A DNA stretch of 64,000 nt from the sequence record NC_054912.1; one strand, 5' to 3'. Made by a program: the position numbers and the translations under genes. Every line of letters begins with the position of its first letter. Position 1 is the first letter of the stretch. The stretch is from Escherichia phage vB_EcoM_F1. Shown piece by piece: positions 14,835 through 25,636 of this stretch. The notes under the pieces are model-generated. The model searched no databases. It worked only from the letters and a program-made list of their open reading frames with translations, and had not been told where the DNA came from.

Positions 14835-15515
14835 TTATTTTAATGTTACGAAAGAAGAATTGCGTGTTTCACGAATTAAAACTGATCCATCACGATTAAT
14901 GTAATAAATTAAGCTAAATAAAGTTTGGTGTGCTGACGCATGCTCAAAACTTGTTGGGTGAGATTTCCAATCCGGAGTTTCAGCAATCCATTGATAAATC
15001 CACCAAGGAACAGTGCAGAATCCTGGATTTTTTCCAATCAGCTGAAGATTCGGACTAAAGTTTTCCGGAAGAGTAAATACAGACGGCTTTTCAGATTCAA
15101 TAATCTCAGCTACAGCCTGTTCAAATTTTTCTTCAACAAAAGGAGTATCTTCAATCAAAACATCGGTATTTTCAGGAATTTTATCCTTTTCTACTACTTC
15201 AATTTTAATGTCAGATTTAACCGGAGAATCAATCAGAAGTGCTGCTTCTGGATTGACTTCTTCATCGTCATATTTTAATCCCTCTGCGGCATCAGCAGCA
15301 TCAATTAAGTCTTTAATAGATAACCCATCAGTCTCTGGCATAGGTTCACTAGCGAGCTTCTGGAGGGCTTCTTCAATATCAGCAACGATATTATCAAAAG
15401 ATTTATTCTTTTTGACCTTTATACCAAACTGTTCAGCATATTCAGCTAATTTAGCTTTAGCTTCTTTGTTATCATCAAGAGCCTTCAGCTCTGCAATATA
15501 ATCTTTATCTATCAT
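14835..15515 (-). CDS. inh: Inh, inhibitor of prohead protease
   Basis: 226 aa, MIDKDYIAELKALDDNKEAKAK...; between hoc and uvsW. Confidence 0.85.
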   Translation of the reverse strand: MIDKDYIAELKALDDNKEAKAKLAEYAEQFGIKVKKNKSFDNIVADIEEALQKLASEPMPETDGLSIKDLIDAADAAEGLKYDDEEVNPEAALLIDSPVKSDIKIEVVEKDKIPENTDVLIEDTPFVEEKFEQAVAEIIESEKPSVFTLPENFSPNLQLIGKNPGFCTVPWWIYQWIAETPDWKSHPTSFEHASAHQTLFSLIYYINRDGSVLIRETRNSSFVTLK

Positions 15516-15528
15516 AATATTTCCTCAG

Positions 15529-15536
15529 TATAAATA
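15529..15536 (+). promoter_or_regulatory. late promoter TATAAATA (uvsW)
   Basis: exact TATAAATA about 30 nt upstream of the uvsW ATG. Confidence 0.6.
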
Positions 15537-15565
15537 TAGATATATTTATTACATGGTATTTAGAC

Positions 15566-17077
15566 ATGACTGACATTAAAGTACATTTTTATGATTTTAG
15601 TCACGTGAGAATTGATTGTGAAGAAAGTACATTTCATGAACTCCGTGATTTCTTTAGCTTTGAAGCTGATGGGTATCGTTTTAATCCGAAGTACAGATAT
15701 GGCCACTGGGATGGACGAATCCGTCTGTTAGATTATAATCGTCTTCTTCCATTCGGCTTAGTCGGGCAAATTAAAAAGTTCTGTGATAACTTTGGCTATA
15801 AAGCTTGGATTGACCCGCAAATTAACGAAAAAGAAGAATTATCAAGAAAAGATTTCGATGAATGGCTTTCTAAATTAGAAATCTATTCAGGAAATAAAAG
15901 AATTGAACCGCACTGGTATCAAAAAGATGCAGTGTTCGAAGGATTAGTTAATCGTCGTAGAATTCTTAATCTTCCAACATCCGCTGGTAAATCGTTAATT
16001 CAAGCTTTGCTTGCGCGATATTATTTGGAAAATTATGAAGGTAAAATTCTTATCATTGTTCCAACAACGGCTCTGACAACTCAGATGGCTGATGACTTCG
16101 TTGACTATCGTTTATTCAGTCATGCAATGATAAAGAAAATTGGTGGCGGAGCATCAAAAGATGATAAATATAAAAATGATGCACCAGTCGTTGTTGGTAC
16201 ATGGCAAACTGTAGTTAAACAACCGAAAGAATGGTTCTCACAGTTTGGAATGATGATGAATGATGAATGCCATCTTGCTACAGGAAAAAGTATTTCATCC
16301 ATCATATCAGGTTTAAATAACTGCATGTTCAAATTCGGTTTGTCTGGTTCATTACGTGATGGCAAAGCCAATATCATGCAGTATGTTGGAATGTTTGGTG
16401 AAATATTTAAGCCAGTAACGACTTCTAAATTAATGGAAGATGGACAAGTAACTGAGCTAAAAATTAATAGTATTTTTCTTCGCTATCCCGATGAGTTCAC
16501 TACTAAATTAAAGGGAAAAACTTATCAAGAAGAAATAAAAATTATTACTGGGCTCAGTAAAAGAAATAAATGGATCGCTAAATTAGCTATTAAGCTTGCA
16601 CAAAAAGATGAAAACGCTTTTGTCATGTTTAAACATGTATCGCACGGTAAAGCTATTTTCGATTTAATTAAAAATGAATACGATAAAGTTTATTACGTAT
16701 CAGGGGAAGTTGATACCGAAACCCGCAATATAATGAAAACCTTAGCTGAAAATGGTAAAGGAATAATTATAGTAGCGAGTTATGGTGTATTTTCTACTGG
16801 TATTTCAGTTAAAAATCTGCATCATGTTGTTTTAGCGCACGGCGTTAAATCAAAAATCATTGTATTACAAACAATCGGTCGTGTATTACGTAAGCATGGT
16901 TCTAAAACAATCGCAACTGTCTGGGACCTCATAGATGATTGCGGTGTTAAGCCAAAATCTGCTAATACTAAAAAGAAATATGTTCATTTGAACTATCTTT
17001 TAAAACACGGCATTGATCGTATTCAGCGCTACGCAGATGAAAAATTTAATTACGTAATGAAAACAGTTAATTTATAA
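15566..17077 (+). CDS. uvsW: UvsW DNA/RNA helicase (SF2)
   Basis: 503 aa; helicase motifs LPTSAGKS (Walker A) and DECH. Confidence 0.93.
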   Translation: MTDIKVHFYDFSHVRIDCEESTFHELRDFFSFEADGYRFNPKYRYGHWDGRIRLLDYNRLLPFGLVGQIKKFCDNFGYKAWIDPQINEKEELSRKDFDEWLSKLEIYSGNKRIEPHWYQKDAVFEGLVNRRRILNLPTSAGKSLIQALLARYYLENYEGKILIIVPTTALTTQMADDFVDYRLFSHAMIKKIGGGASKDDKYKNDAPVVVGTWQTVVKQPKEWFSQFGMMMNDECHLATGKSISSIISGLNNCMFKFGLSGSLRDGKANIMQYVGMFGEIFKPVTTSKLMEDGQVTELKINSIFLRYPDEFTTKLKGKTYQEEIKIITGLSKRNKWIAKLAIKLAQKDENAFVMFKHVSHGKAIFDLIKNEYDKVYYVSGEVDTETRNIMKTLAENGKGIIIVASYGVFSTGISVKNLHHVVLAHGVKSKIIVLQTIGRVLRKHGSKTIATVWDLIDDCGVKPKSANTKKKYVHLNYLLKHGIDRIQRYADEKFNYVMKTVNL

Positions 17078-17102
17078 GGGCTTCGGCCCTTTGGAGAAAA
17101 AG

Positions 17103-17333
17103 ATGTTACTAGAATTTAAACAATTTCTTTATGAAGCTTCTATTGATGAATTTATGGGTAAAATTGCCTCTTGTCAAACATTAGAAGGTTTAGAAGAACT
17201 TGAAGCTTATTATAAGAAAAGAGTCAAAGAAACTGAATTAAAAGATACTGATGACATCTCTGTGAGAGATGCTTTGGCAGGAAAAAGAGCTGAATTAGAA
17301 GATTCAGACGATGAAGTAGAAGAAAGTTTTTAA
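17103..17333 (+). CDS. uvsW.1: UvsW.1 small helicase-associated protein
   Basis: 76 aa from ATG 17103 with SD GGAG; the track ORF at 17091 begins on TTG. Confidence 0.8.
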   Translation: MLLEFKQFLYEASIDEFMGKIASCQTLEGLEELEAYYKKRVKETELKDTDDISVRDALAGKRAELEDSDDEVEESF

Positions 17334-17388
17334 ATTAAAAAAGGCCCAACCAAAAAGGAAGGGCCAAAACTATAGACTAAAGGTCACA

Positions 17389-17556
17389 CTATAGCAAAAG
17401 TTGTGTTTCATTTAATTGTTCTTCCGAACTTTCTGAAACTGGTAGTTCTTTAATGTAATTATAGCAAGGCCCAGGATGTACAGGACCTTTGTCTGTTTCA
17501 ACAACCAATGCAGAATCGATTGGAGTTTTACAGACAACACAAATCTTATCTGACAT
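17389..17556 (-). CDS. small Cys-containing protein (position of T4 uvsY.-2), not in ORF track (<60 aa)
   Basis: 55-aa ORF MSDKICVVCKTPIDSALVVETDKGPVHPGPCYNY... with strong SD GAGGAG 6 nt upstream. Confidence 0.55.
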   Translation of the reverse strand: MSDKICVVCKTPIDSALVVETDKGPVHPGPCYNYIKELPVSESSEEQLNETQLLL

Positions 17557-17584
17557 GATTGTCTCCTCTGAATTATATATCTAT

Positions 17585-17809
17585 TTATACAACTCTCATA
17601 TGCATATCAATGCCCATATCTTTAGAATAAAAATATTCATCAAGATATCCGGCAAATTTTCCTTTAATATAAAGAACATCTTCACCGCACGGGTGGTCGG
17701 CCAGAATACGAATATCCTGACGCTTAAGATTATGCTTTTTCATTAAGAATTGAATTTCCGTTTCAAATTCTTCTTCATAATTAAAAGCATCATCAATGCT
17801 ATATCTCAT
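17585..17809 (-). CDS. uvsY.-1: hypothetical protein (T4 uvsY.-1 position)
   Basis: 74-aa ORF immediately downstream of uvsY, TAATG-type junction. Confidence 0.65.
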   Translation of the reverse strand: MRYSIDDAFNYEEEFETEIQFLMKKHNLKRQDIRILADHPCGEDVLYIKGKFAGYLDEYFYSKDMGIDMHMRVV

Positions 17810-18222
17810 TATTTTCCAGCCTCAAATGCTCGCATGTCTTGAATATGCTTAATAGCAAATCCACGTGATTTAATAGCATCAAGAGCTCCGCTACAGAAAT
17901 CCAATAAAATCCCCCAATACTGTAACGAGGTATCAACCTTTAAAACATCCTTATCAGCTGATAGAACTGTCTTCATTTCTGATTTCTCGTAACGATCCAT
18001 ACTAAATTCATCACCATCTCCTCGTCCCGAGTAGTAGTCTAATCTAGCTTTAAGAGCAACTTTTTTCTGTGCGTCAATTCTAAGCATTTCCTTTTTAATA
18101 CTTGAATGCTTATTAAGCCATTTACTATATAACATCACATTATTAGCTGCTTCATACTGTAATTTAGTCGAATCTATAAACACATCTTTCTTCAATTCTT
18201 CTTGAAGATCTTCTAATCTCAT
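17809..18222 (-). CDS. uvsY: UvsY recombination mediator
   Basis: 137 aa, MRLEDLQEELKKDVFIDSTKLQYEAANN... Confidence 0.93.
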   Translation of the reverse strand: MRLEDLQEELKKDVFIDSTKLQYEAANNVMLYSKWLNKHSSIKKEMLRIDAQKKVALKARLDYYSGRGDGDEFSMDRYEKSEMKTVLSADKDVLKVDTSLQYWGILLDFCSGALDAIKSRGFAIKHIQDMRAFEAGK

Positions 18223-18262
18223 ATTGTTCTCTATTCAATTGTTATTGGATGGACTTAGATTC

Positions 18263-18288
18263 ATTATACCACGTTTATACGTGAAGCA
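18263..18288 (-). promoter_or_regulatory. MotA-dependent middle promoter (uvsY)
   Basis: minus strand TGCTTCA (MotA box) followed 13 nt later by TGgTATAAT extended -10. Confidence 0.55.
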
Positions 18289-18687
18289 TTATACTCTATT
18301 ACTGGAAGCAAGTTGCAGTTTTATCTGCTCAATATCATCGGGGTTATCGATGACCGAAAAGCGTATTTCTACTATCAGAGTATAATCATCATAAACGGGT
18401 ATCACATTAACTGATAATTTATCAATACGTGGCTCATAGTTTCTTACTGCGCTTTCGATATTGCGCTCAACTGTGTCAGCAGTAAGAGGAGTCATATTTT
18501 CAAAAAGCTGGTCTGATAAATCACATCCAAATTCAGGGTCAAACGGTCTTGAACCTTTTCTTGTTGTAATAATTCCCAAAAGACTGTTTTTAATTGACCT
18601 TAATCCAAGTGATCTGGAAACATCTTTGTTCCAATCCATTTTCATTTCCGGGTCAATATCAGAATAAAGCTTATTAATATTTGCCAT
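18289..18687 (-). CDS. 25: baseplate wedge protein gp25
   Basis: 132 aa, [22 protein letters not shown]... Confidence 0.93.
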   Translation of the reverse strand: MANINKLYSDIDPEMKMDWNKDVSRSLGLRSIKNSLLGIITTRKGSRPFDPEFGCDLSDQLFENMTPLTADTVERNIESAVRNYEPRIDKLSVNVIPVYDDYTLIVEIRFSVIDNPDDIEQIKLQLASSNRV

Positions 18688-19313
18688 TATAGTAACTCAA
18701 AGAACTCTTTGAGGCCTCTTATTACATGAGCATGGGTTTTTCCACACTCTGGACACTTAATTGGAACAGCCAAATAAACGGTAGGTTTTAAAAGCATATC
18801 TTTTATAGCTACAATATCTGACTCTGTGATGATAGAATATAAATCTTCTAGTTCCTTTTCATTTAAGTCTTCAACTGGAATGCTTTCCCCGTTAGCATGA
18901 ATCGTTTCTATGCATGATACTATCATGTGGGCTATATTTTTATCATCAAAAATTTTAGGGTATCGGAATTTAATTTTAATGTCACCCAGTGTATACCAGA
19001 GGTCTTCTGGTGCATCTATTTGTGTATGTAATAGATTTATATGGGTTGGTATTTCAGTTCCACAGGTGCACTTCCAGGAGTTTTCGTGATTAACTTCGCC
19101 GAGAGAATGTGCCCATAAATGAATCAGCAGTAGTTCTGATTCTTGGCGGTTTAAATCTTTTGCATTTGTGCAGTCTTTGATTAGCTTTTTAACAATTACT
19201 TCTACAGAACCATTATTTTTGGCAGTAATAAGTTCTAGATATTCTTTAAGCGTGAATGCGCGACAATTGATTATTTTAGAACCAACTCTCACATCAAATT
19301 TGTATTCATACAT
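18687..19313 (-). CDS. 26: baseplate hub protein gp26
   Basis: 208 aa; upstream of 25, divergent from 51. Confidence 0.88.
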   Translation of the reverse strand: MYEYKFDVRVGSKIINCRAFTLKEYLELITAKNNGSVEVIVKKLIKDCTNAKDLNRQESELLLIHLWAHSLGEVNHENSWKCTCGTEIPTHINLLHTQIDAPEDLWYTLGDIKIKFRYPKIFDDKNIAHMIVSCIETIHANGESIPVEDLNEKELEDLYSIITESDIVAIKDMLLKPTVYLAVPIKCPECGKTHAHVIRGLKEFFELL

Positions 19314-19334
19314 ATTTAGCTCCTTTATTTATCA

Positions 19335-19346
19335 TATTTATAAATA
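19335..19346. promoter_or_regulatory. overlapping divergent late promoters for genes 26 and 51
   Basis: TATTTATAAATA contains TATAAATA on both strands. Confidence 0.6.
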
Positions 19347-19363
19347 GAATAAAAGGAGCATCT

Positions 19364-20113
19364 ATGGCAAACATTATTCGTTGTAAATTACCAGATGGTG
19401 TTCATCGTTTTAAACCATTTACGGTAGAAGATTATCGAGATTTTTTGTTAGTTCGAAACGATATAGAACATCGGTCACCACAAGAACAAAAAGAAATAAT
19501 TACTGATTTAATTGATGATTATTTTGGAGACTATCCGAAGACTTGGCAACCATTTATATTTTTGCAGGTATTTGTAGGGTCGATAGGTAAAACTAAAGTA
19601 CCGGTCACATTTGTATGTCCAAAATGTAAAAAAGAAAAGACAGTTCCATTTGAAATATATCAAAAAGAATTAAAGGAACCTGTTTTTGATGTAGCTAATG
19701 TTAAAATTAAATTAAAGTTTCCTTCTGAGTTTTATGAAAATAAAGCAAAGATGATTACTGAAAATATTCATTCTGTTCAAGTAGATGAAATTTGGTATGA
19801 TTGGAAGGAAATTAGCGAGTCCAGTCAAATAGAACTAGTTGACGCCATCGAGATAGAAACACTAGAAAAAATTCTCGATGCAATGAATCCTATTAATTTA
19901 ACTCTACATATGTCATGCTGTAATAAGTACATTAAAAAATACACTGATATAGTAGACGTGTTTAAGCTATTAGTTAACCCAGATGAGATATTTACTTTTT
20001 ATCAAATTAATCACACACTCGTAAAAAGTAATTATAGCTTAAATTCAATAATGAAAATGATTCCTGCTGAGCGCGGATTCGTATTAAAACTGATTGAGAA
20101 GGATAAACAATAA
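19364..20113 (+). CDS. 51: baseplate hub assembly catalyst gp51
   Basis: 249 aa, Cys-rich (CPKCKKEK motif). Confidence 0.88.
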   Translation: MANIIRCKLPDGVHRFKPFTVEDYRDFLLVRNDIEHRSPQEQKEIITDLIDDYFGDYPKTWQPFIFLQVFVGSIGKTKVPVTFVCPKCKKEKTVPFEIYQKELKEPVFDVANVKIKLKFPSEFYENKAKMITENIHSVQVDEIWYDWKEISESSQIELVDAIEIETLEKILDAMNPINLTLHMSCCNKYIKKYTDIVDVFKLLVNPDEIFTFYQINHTLVKSNYSLNSIMKMIPAERGFVLKLIEKDKQ

Positions 20114-21288
20114 TGAGTATGTTGCAACGCCCCGGATATCCAAATCTCAGCGTTAAATTATTTGATAGCTACGACGCTTGGAGTAATAATAGATTTGTTG
20201 AATTAGCTGCTACTATTACAACATTAACTATGCGGGATTCTCTTTATGGCCGAAATGAAGGAATGCTGCAGTTTTATGATTCTAAAAACATCCATACAAA
20301 AATGGATGGAAATGAAATAATTCAGATTTCTGTAGCTAATGCAAATGATATTAATAATGTTAAAACACGAATTTATGGATGTAAGCATTTTTCCGTGTCA
20401 GTAGATTCAAAAGGTGATAACATCATTGCTATTGAATTGGGAACTATTCATTCTATAGAAAATCTTAAATTTGGTAGACCATTTTTCCCTGATGCAGGTG
20501 AATCTATAAAAGAAATGCTTGGCGTCATTTATCAAGACCGTACATTATTAACTCCAGCGATAAATGCTATAAATGCTTATGTTCCTGATATTCCATGGAC
20601 TAGCACATTTGAAAACTATTTGTCATATGTAAGAGAAGTTGCTCTAGCTGTAGGAAGCGACAAATTTGTATTTGTATGGCAAGACATCATGGGAGTTAAC
20701 ATGATGGACTATGATATGATGATAAATCAAGAACCATATCCAATGATTGTCGGCGAGCCATCTTTAATAGGTCAATTCATCCAAGAATTAAAATATCCAT
20801 TAGCATATGATTTTGTTTGGTTGACTAAATCGAATCCTCACAAACGTGACCCAATGAAAAATGCTACTATCTATGCTCATTCATTTTTAGATTCTTCATT
20901 GCCAATGATTACTACAGGAAAGGGCGAAAACTCTATTGTAGTGTCAAGGTCAGGTGCTTATTCTGAAATGACTTATAGGAATGGATATGAAGAAGCTATT
21001 CGTCTTCAAACTATGGCACAATATGACGGTTATGCTAAATGTTCTACTGTCGGTAATTTTAACTTGACTCCTGGCGTTAAAATTATTTTTAATGATAGTA
21101 AAAACCAATTTAAAACAGAATTTTACGTTGATGAAGTTATCCATGAATTATCCAATAATAATTCAGTAACTCATCTATATATGTTCACTAATGCAACGAA
21201 ACTGGAAACAATAGACCCAGTTAAGGTTAAAAATGAATTTAAATCTGATACTACCACTGAAGAAAGTAGTTCTTCCAATAAGCAATAA
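20113..21288 (+). CDS. 27: baseplate hub protein gp27
   Basis: 391 aa, [31 protein letters not shown]... Confidence 0.93.
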   Translation: MSMLQRPGYPNLSVKLFDSYDAWSNNRFVELAATITTLTMRDSLYGRNEGMLQFYDSKNIHTKMDGNEIIQISVANANDINNVKTRIYGCKHFSVSVDSKGDNIIAIELGTIHSIENLKFGRPFFPDAGESIKEMLGVIYQDRTLLTPAINAINAYVPDIPWTSTFENYLSYVREVALAVGSDKFVFVWQDIMGVNMMDYDMMINQEPYPMIVGEPSLIGQFIQELKYPLAYDFVWLTKSNPHKRDPMKNATIYAHSFLDSSLPMITTGKGENSIVVSRSGAYSEMTYRNGYEEAIRLQTMAQYDGYAKCSTVGNFNLTPGVKIIFNDSKNQFKTEFYVDEVIHELSNNNSVTHLYMFTNATKLETIDPVKVKNEFKSDTTTEESSSSNKQ

Positions 21289-21766
21289 AGAAGTTTCTAT
21301 TCCTAAAATGGGTCTTAAACATTATAACATTTTAAAAGATGTTAAAGGTCCTGATGAAAATTTAAAACTTCTTATTGATTCTATTTGTCCGAATTTATCA
21401 CCGGCAGAAGTTGATTTCGTTTCTATTCATTTATTGGAATTTAATGGAAAGATTAAATCTCGTAAAGAAATAGATGGCTATACTTATGACATTAATGATG
21501 TTTATGTGTGCCAAAGATTAGAATTTCAATACCAAGGAAATACATTTTATTTTAGACCTCCTGGAAAATTTGAACAATTTTTAACGGTGAGCGATATGTT
21601 ATCTAAATGCTTGCTTAAGGTCAATGATGAAGTTAAAGAAATTAATTTTCTTGAGATGCCAGCATTCGTTTTAAAATGGGCAAATGATATTTTTACAACT
21701 TTAGCAATTCCTGGCCCTAATGGTCCAATAACTGGAATTGGCAATATTATTGGATTATTTGAATGA
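21233..21766 (+). CDS. 28: baseplate hub distal subunit gp28
   Basis: 177 aa; overlaps gene 27 3' end in another frame. Confidence 0.85.
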   Translation: MNLNLILPLKKVVLPISNKEVSIPKMGLKHYNILKDVKGPDENLKLLIDSICPNLSPAEVDFVSIHLLEFNGKIKSRKEIDGYTYDINDVYVCQRLEFQYQGNTFYFRPPGKFEQFLTVSDMLSKCLLKVNDEVKEINFLEMPAFVLKWANDIFTTLAIPGPNGPITGIGNIIGLFE

Positions 21767-23535
21767 AAAAGCCACAAGAAATGCAAACGATGCGTAGAAA
21801 AGTTATTTCAGATAATAAACCAACACAGGAAGCGGCTAAATCCGCTTCTAATACTTTATCTGGACTTAATGATATATCTACGAAATTGGATGATGCTCAA
21901 GCTGCTTCTGAATTAATAGCTCAAACTGTCGAAGAAAAATCGAATGAAATAATTGGAGCAATTGATAACGTAGAAAGCGCAGTGAGTGATACTACTGCCG
22001 GTTCTGAGTTAATTGCTGAAACTGTCGAAATTGGCAACAATATTAATAAAGAAATTGGTGAATCACTCGGAAGCAAATTAGATAAATTAACGAGTTTATT
22101 AGAACAAAAAATTCAGACAGCTGGAATTCAACAGACTGGGACTAGTTTAGCCACAGTTGAAAGCGCTATTCCTGTTAAAGTCGTTGAGGATGATACTGCT
22201 GAATCTGTGGGTCCTTTATTACCAGCTCCCGAAGCAGTTAATAATGATCCTGACGCTGATTTTTTCCCTACCCCTCAACCAGTTGAACCCAAACAAGAAT
22301 CACCAGAAGAAAAACAGAAAAAAGAAGCATTTAACTTAAAATTATCTCAAGCTTTAGATAAATTAACAAAGACAGTTGATTTTGGATTTAAGAAATCCAT
22401 TTCAATTACTGATAAAATATCAAGCATGCTATTTAAGTACACCGTCAGTGCTGCTATTGAAGCTGCTAAAATGACTGCAATGATATTGGCTGTTGTTGTT
22501 GGAATAGACCTGTTGATGGTTCACTTTAAATATTGGTCAGATAAATTTTCGCAGGCTTGGGATTTGTTTAGTACAGACTTTACTAAATTCTCTAGCGAAA
22601 CCGGAACATGGGGTCCTTTATTACAGAGCATCTTTAGTTCTATTGATGAAATTAAAAAGTTCTGGGAAGCGGGAGATTGGGGTGGATTAACAGTAGCTAT
22701 TGTTGAAGGGCTTGGAAAGGTTCTTTTTAATTTAGGTGAACTTATTCAGCTTGGAATGGCTAAATTATCTGCTGCAATTCTTCGAGTCATTCCTGGCATG
22801 AAGGATACTGCTGATGAAGTAGAAGGAAGAGCACTAGAAAATTTCCAAAATTCTACTGGAGCATCTCTCAATAAAGAAGACCAGGAAAAAGTTGCAAATT
22901 ATCAAGATAAACGAATGAATGGAGACCTTGGTCCGATAGCAAAAGGATTAGATAAAATTGCTAATTGGAAAACTCGTGCATCTAATTGGATTCGTGGGGT
23001 TGATAATAAAGAAGCACTGACTACCGACGAAGAACGTGCAGCAGAAGAAGAAAAATTAAAGCAACTTTCACCTGAAGAAAGAAAAAATGCTTTAATGAAG
23101 GCTAATGAAGCCCGTGCCGCAATGATTCGCTTTGAAAAATATGCTGATTCAGCTGATATGAGTAAAGACTCAACGGTTAAATCAGTTGAATCTGCCTATG
23201 AAGACCTTAAAAAACGGATGGATGACCCGGATTTAAACAATTCACCGGCAGTTAAAAAAGAACTTGCTGCTAGATTTTCTAAAATTGATGCTACTTATCA
23301 AGAGCTCAAGAAAAATCAGCCTAATGCCAAACCTGAAACTTCTGCTAAATCGCCAGAAGCGAAACAGGTCCAGGTTATTGAAAAGAACAAAGCACAGCAA
23401 GCTCCTGTTCAGCAAGCATCTCCTTCAATCAATAATACTAATAATGTTATTAAGAAAAATACTGTCGTTCATAATATGACACCTGTCACAAGCACAACTG
23501 CTCCTGGTGTATTTGATGCGACTGGAGTTAATTAA
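21763..23535 (+). CDS. 29: baseplate hub / tail length determinant gp29
   Basis: 590 aa; extended helical tape-measure-like protein. Confidence 0.92.
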   Translation: MKKPQEMQTMRRKVISDNKPTQEAAKSASNTLSGLNDISTKLDDAQAASELIAQTVEEKSNEIIGAIDNVESAVSDTTAGSELIAETVEIGNNINKEIGESLGSKLDKLTSLLEQKIQTAGIQQTGTSLATVESAIPVKVVEDDTAESVGPLLPAPEAVNNDPDADFFPTPQPVEPKQESPEEKQKKEAFNLKLSQALDKLTKTVDFGFKKSISITDKISSMLFKYTVSAAIEAAKMTAMILAVVVGIDLLMVHFKYWSDKFSQAWDLFSTDFTKFSSETGTWGPLLQSIFSSIDEIKKFWEAGDWGGLTVAIVEGLGKVLFNLGELIQLGMAKLSAAILRVIPGMKDTADEVEGRALENFQNSTGASLNKEDQEKVANYQDKRMNGDLGPIAKGLDKIANWKTRASNWIRGVDNKEALTTDEERAAEEEKLKQLSPEERKNALMKANEARAAMIRFEKYADSADMSKDSTVKSVESAYEDLKKRMDDPDLNNSPAVKKELAARFSKIDATYQELKKNQPNAKPETSAKSPEAKQVQVIEKNKAQQAPVQQASPSINNTNNVIKKNTVVHNMTPVTSTTAPGVFDATGVN

Positions 23536-23543
23536 GGAATAAT

Positions 23544-24638
23544 ATGGCAATTGTTAAAGAAATAACTACTGATTTAATTAAAAAGTCCGGTGAGAAAATT
23601 TCAGCCGGACAGAGCACTAAATCAGAAGTAGTAACTAAAACATACACTGCCCAGTTTCCAACTGGGCGTGCTAGTGGTAATGACACTACAGGGGACTTCC
23701 AGGTAACAGATCTATATAAGAATGGATTATTATTTACTGCATACAATATGTCATCTAGGGATTCTGGAAGTCTTAGATCGATGAGATCTAACTACTCTTC
23801 TGCGTCTTCGGGTATTTTGAGTACAGCTAAAAACACTATTAGTAGTACAGTATCAAAACTATCAAATGGATTAATATCAAATAATAATTCAGGAACAATA
23901 AGTAAAGCTCCTGTCGCAAACATTCTTTTACCGAGATCTAAATCTGATGTTGATACATCAACACATAGATTTAATGATGTTCAAGAAAGCCTTATCAGTA
24001 GAGGCGGAGGTACTGCTACTGGTGTGCTAAGTAATATTGCTTCAACCGCAGTATTTGGGGCACTGGAAAGTATAACACAAGGTATAATGGCTGATAATAA
24101 TGAACAGATTTATACGACAGCCAGAAGTATGTATGGTGGTGCTGAAAATAGAACTAAAGTGTTTACATGGGATTTGACTCCACGTTCAACAGAAGATTTA
24201 ATGGCTATTATTAATATCTATCAATATTTTAACTATCTTTCTTATGGTGAAACAGGTAAATCTCAATACGCTGCTGAAATAAAGGGGTATTTAGATGATT
24301 GGTATCGTTCTACGTTAATTGAACCTTTATCTCCGGAAGACGCAGCTAAAAATAAAACATTATTTGAGAAAATGACAGCAAGTTTAACGAACGTTCTTGT
24401 AGTTTCAAACCCGACAGTTTGGATGGTGAAAAACTTTGGTGCAACATCTAAGTTTGATGGAAAAACGGAAATATTTGGTCCATGCCAAATACAGAGCATT
24501 AGATTTGATAAAACACCTAATGGTAACTTTAACGGATTAGCTATTGCTCCAAACCTCCCTAGTACATTTACTCTCGAGATTACTATGAGAGAAATTATCA
24601 CGTTAAACCGTGCTTCTTTATATGCGGGGACTTTTTAA
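23544..24638 (+). CDS. 48: baseplate tail tube cap gp48
   Basis: 364 aa, MAIVKEITTDLIKKSGEKISAGQ... Confidence 0.92.
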   Translation: MAIVKEITTDLIKKSGEKISAGQSTKSEVVTKTYTAQFPTGRASGNDTTGDFQVTDLYKNGLLFTAYNMSSRDSGSLRSMRSNYSSASSGILSTAKNTISSTVSKLSNGLISNNNSGTISKAPVANILLPRSKSDVDTSTHRFNDVQESLISRGGGTATGVLSNIASTAVFGALESITQGIMADNNEQIYTTARSMYGGAENRTKVFTWDLTPRSTEDLMAIINIYQYFNYLSYGETGKSQYAAEIKGYLDDWYRSTLIEPLSPEDAAKNKTLFEKMTASLTNVLVVSNPTVWMVKNFGATSKFDGKTEIFGPCQIQSIRFDKTPNGNFNGLAIAPNLPSTFTLEITMREIITLNRASLYAGTF

Positions 24639-25561
24639 TGTATTCTTTAGAGGAATTTAATAATCAAGCAATAAACGCAGATTTCCAACGTAATAATATG
24701 TTTAGCTGCGTTTTTGCAACAACTCCATCAACTAAAAGCTCTTCGTTGATAAGTTCAATTAGCAACTTTTCTTATAATAACTTGGGCCTAAATTCAAATT
24801 GGTTAGGATTAACTCAAGGTGATATTAATCAGGGAATTACCACGCTAATTACAGCTGGCACACAAAAACTGATAAGAAAATCAGGGGTTAGTAAATATCT
24901 TATTGGTGCCATGAGTCAACGTACTGTCCAGAGTTTATTAGGCTCATTTACAGTTGGTACATATTTAATTGACTTCTTTAACATGGCATATAACTCATCT
25001 GGATTGATGATATACTCTGTAAAAATGCCAGAGAATAGATTATCCTATGAAACTGACTGGAACTATAATTCTCCTAATATTCGTATAACTGGGAGAGAAT
25101 TAGACCCTTTGGTTATTTCATTTAGAATGGATTCAGAAGCTTGTAACTATCGTGCAATGCAAGACTGGGTTAACTCCGTTCAAGACCCAGTAACTGGATT
25201 ACGTGCTTTGCCACAAGATGTCGAGGCAGATATTCAGGTTAATCTTCATTCTCGTAATGGATTGCCTCATACTGCGGTGATGTTCACCGGATGCATTCCA
25301 ATATCAGTGAGCGCTCCTGAGTTATCATATGATGGAGATAACCAAATAACTACATTTGATGTTACTTTTGCGTATAGAGTGATGCAGGCTGGAGCAGTTG
25401 ATAGGCAAGCTGCGCTTGAATGGCTTGAATCTGCTGCTATAAATGGTATTCAAAGCGTTCTCGGAAATAGTGGAGGTGTTACTGGACTATCTAATTCGCT
25501 TTCACGACTTAGTAGACTAGGAGGAACCTCAGGAAGCATTTCAAATATTAGTATACTATGA
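24638..25561 (+). CDS. 54: baseplate tail tube initiator gp54 (3' end possibly frameshifted)
   Basis: 307 aa here versus about 320 aa recalled for T4; the +2 frame continues to a stop at 25603-25605 just before the terminator hairpin. Confidence 0.85.
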   Translation: MYSLEEFNNQAINADFQRNNMFSCVFATTPSTKSSSLISSISNFSYNNLGLNSNWLGLTQGDINQGITTLITAGTQKLIRKSGVSKYLIGAMSQRTVQSLLGSFTVGTYLIDFFNMAYNSSGLMIYSVKMPENRLSYETDWNYNSPNIRITGRELDPLVISFRMDSEACNYRAMQDWVNSVQDPVTGLRALPQDVEADIQVNLHSRNGLPHTAVMFTGCIPISVSAPELSYDGDNQITTFDVTFAYRVMQAGAVDRQAALEWLESAAINGIQSVLGNSGGVTGLSNSLSRLSRLGGTSGSISNISIL

Positions 25562-25607
25562 CAGGGATTGTCAATTCGCAGAGTAAAATATTAGGAGCAA
25601 TATAACA

Positions 25608-25636
25608 ATGGGGACCTTTCGGTCCCCATATTTTTA
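25608..25636. terminator. terminator between convergent 54 and the alt-region operon
   Basis: GGGGACC-TTTC-GGTCCCC hairpin followed by ATATTTTTATTT. Confidence 0.7.
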
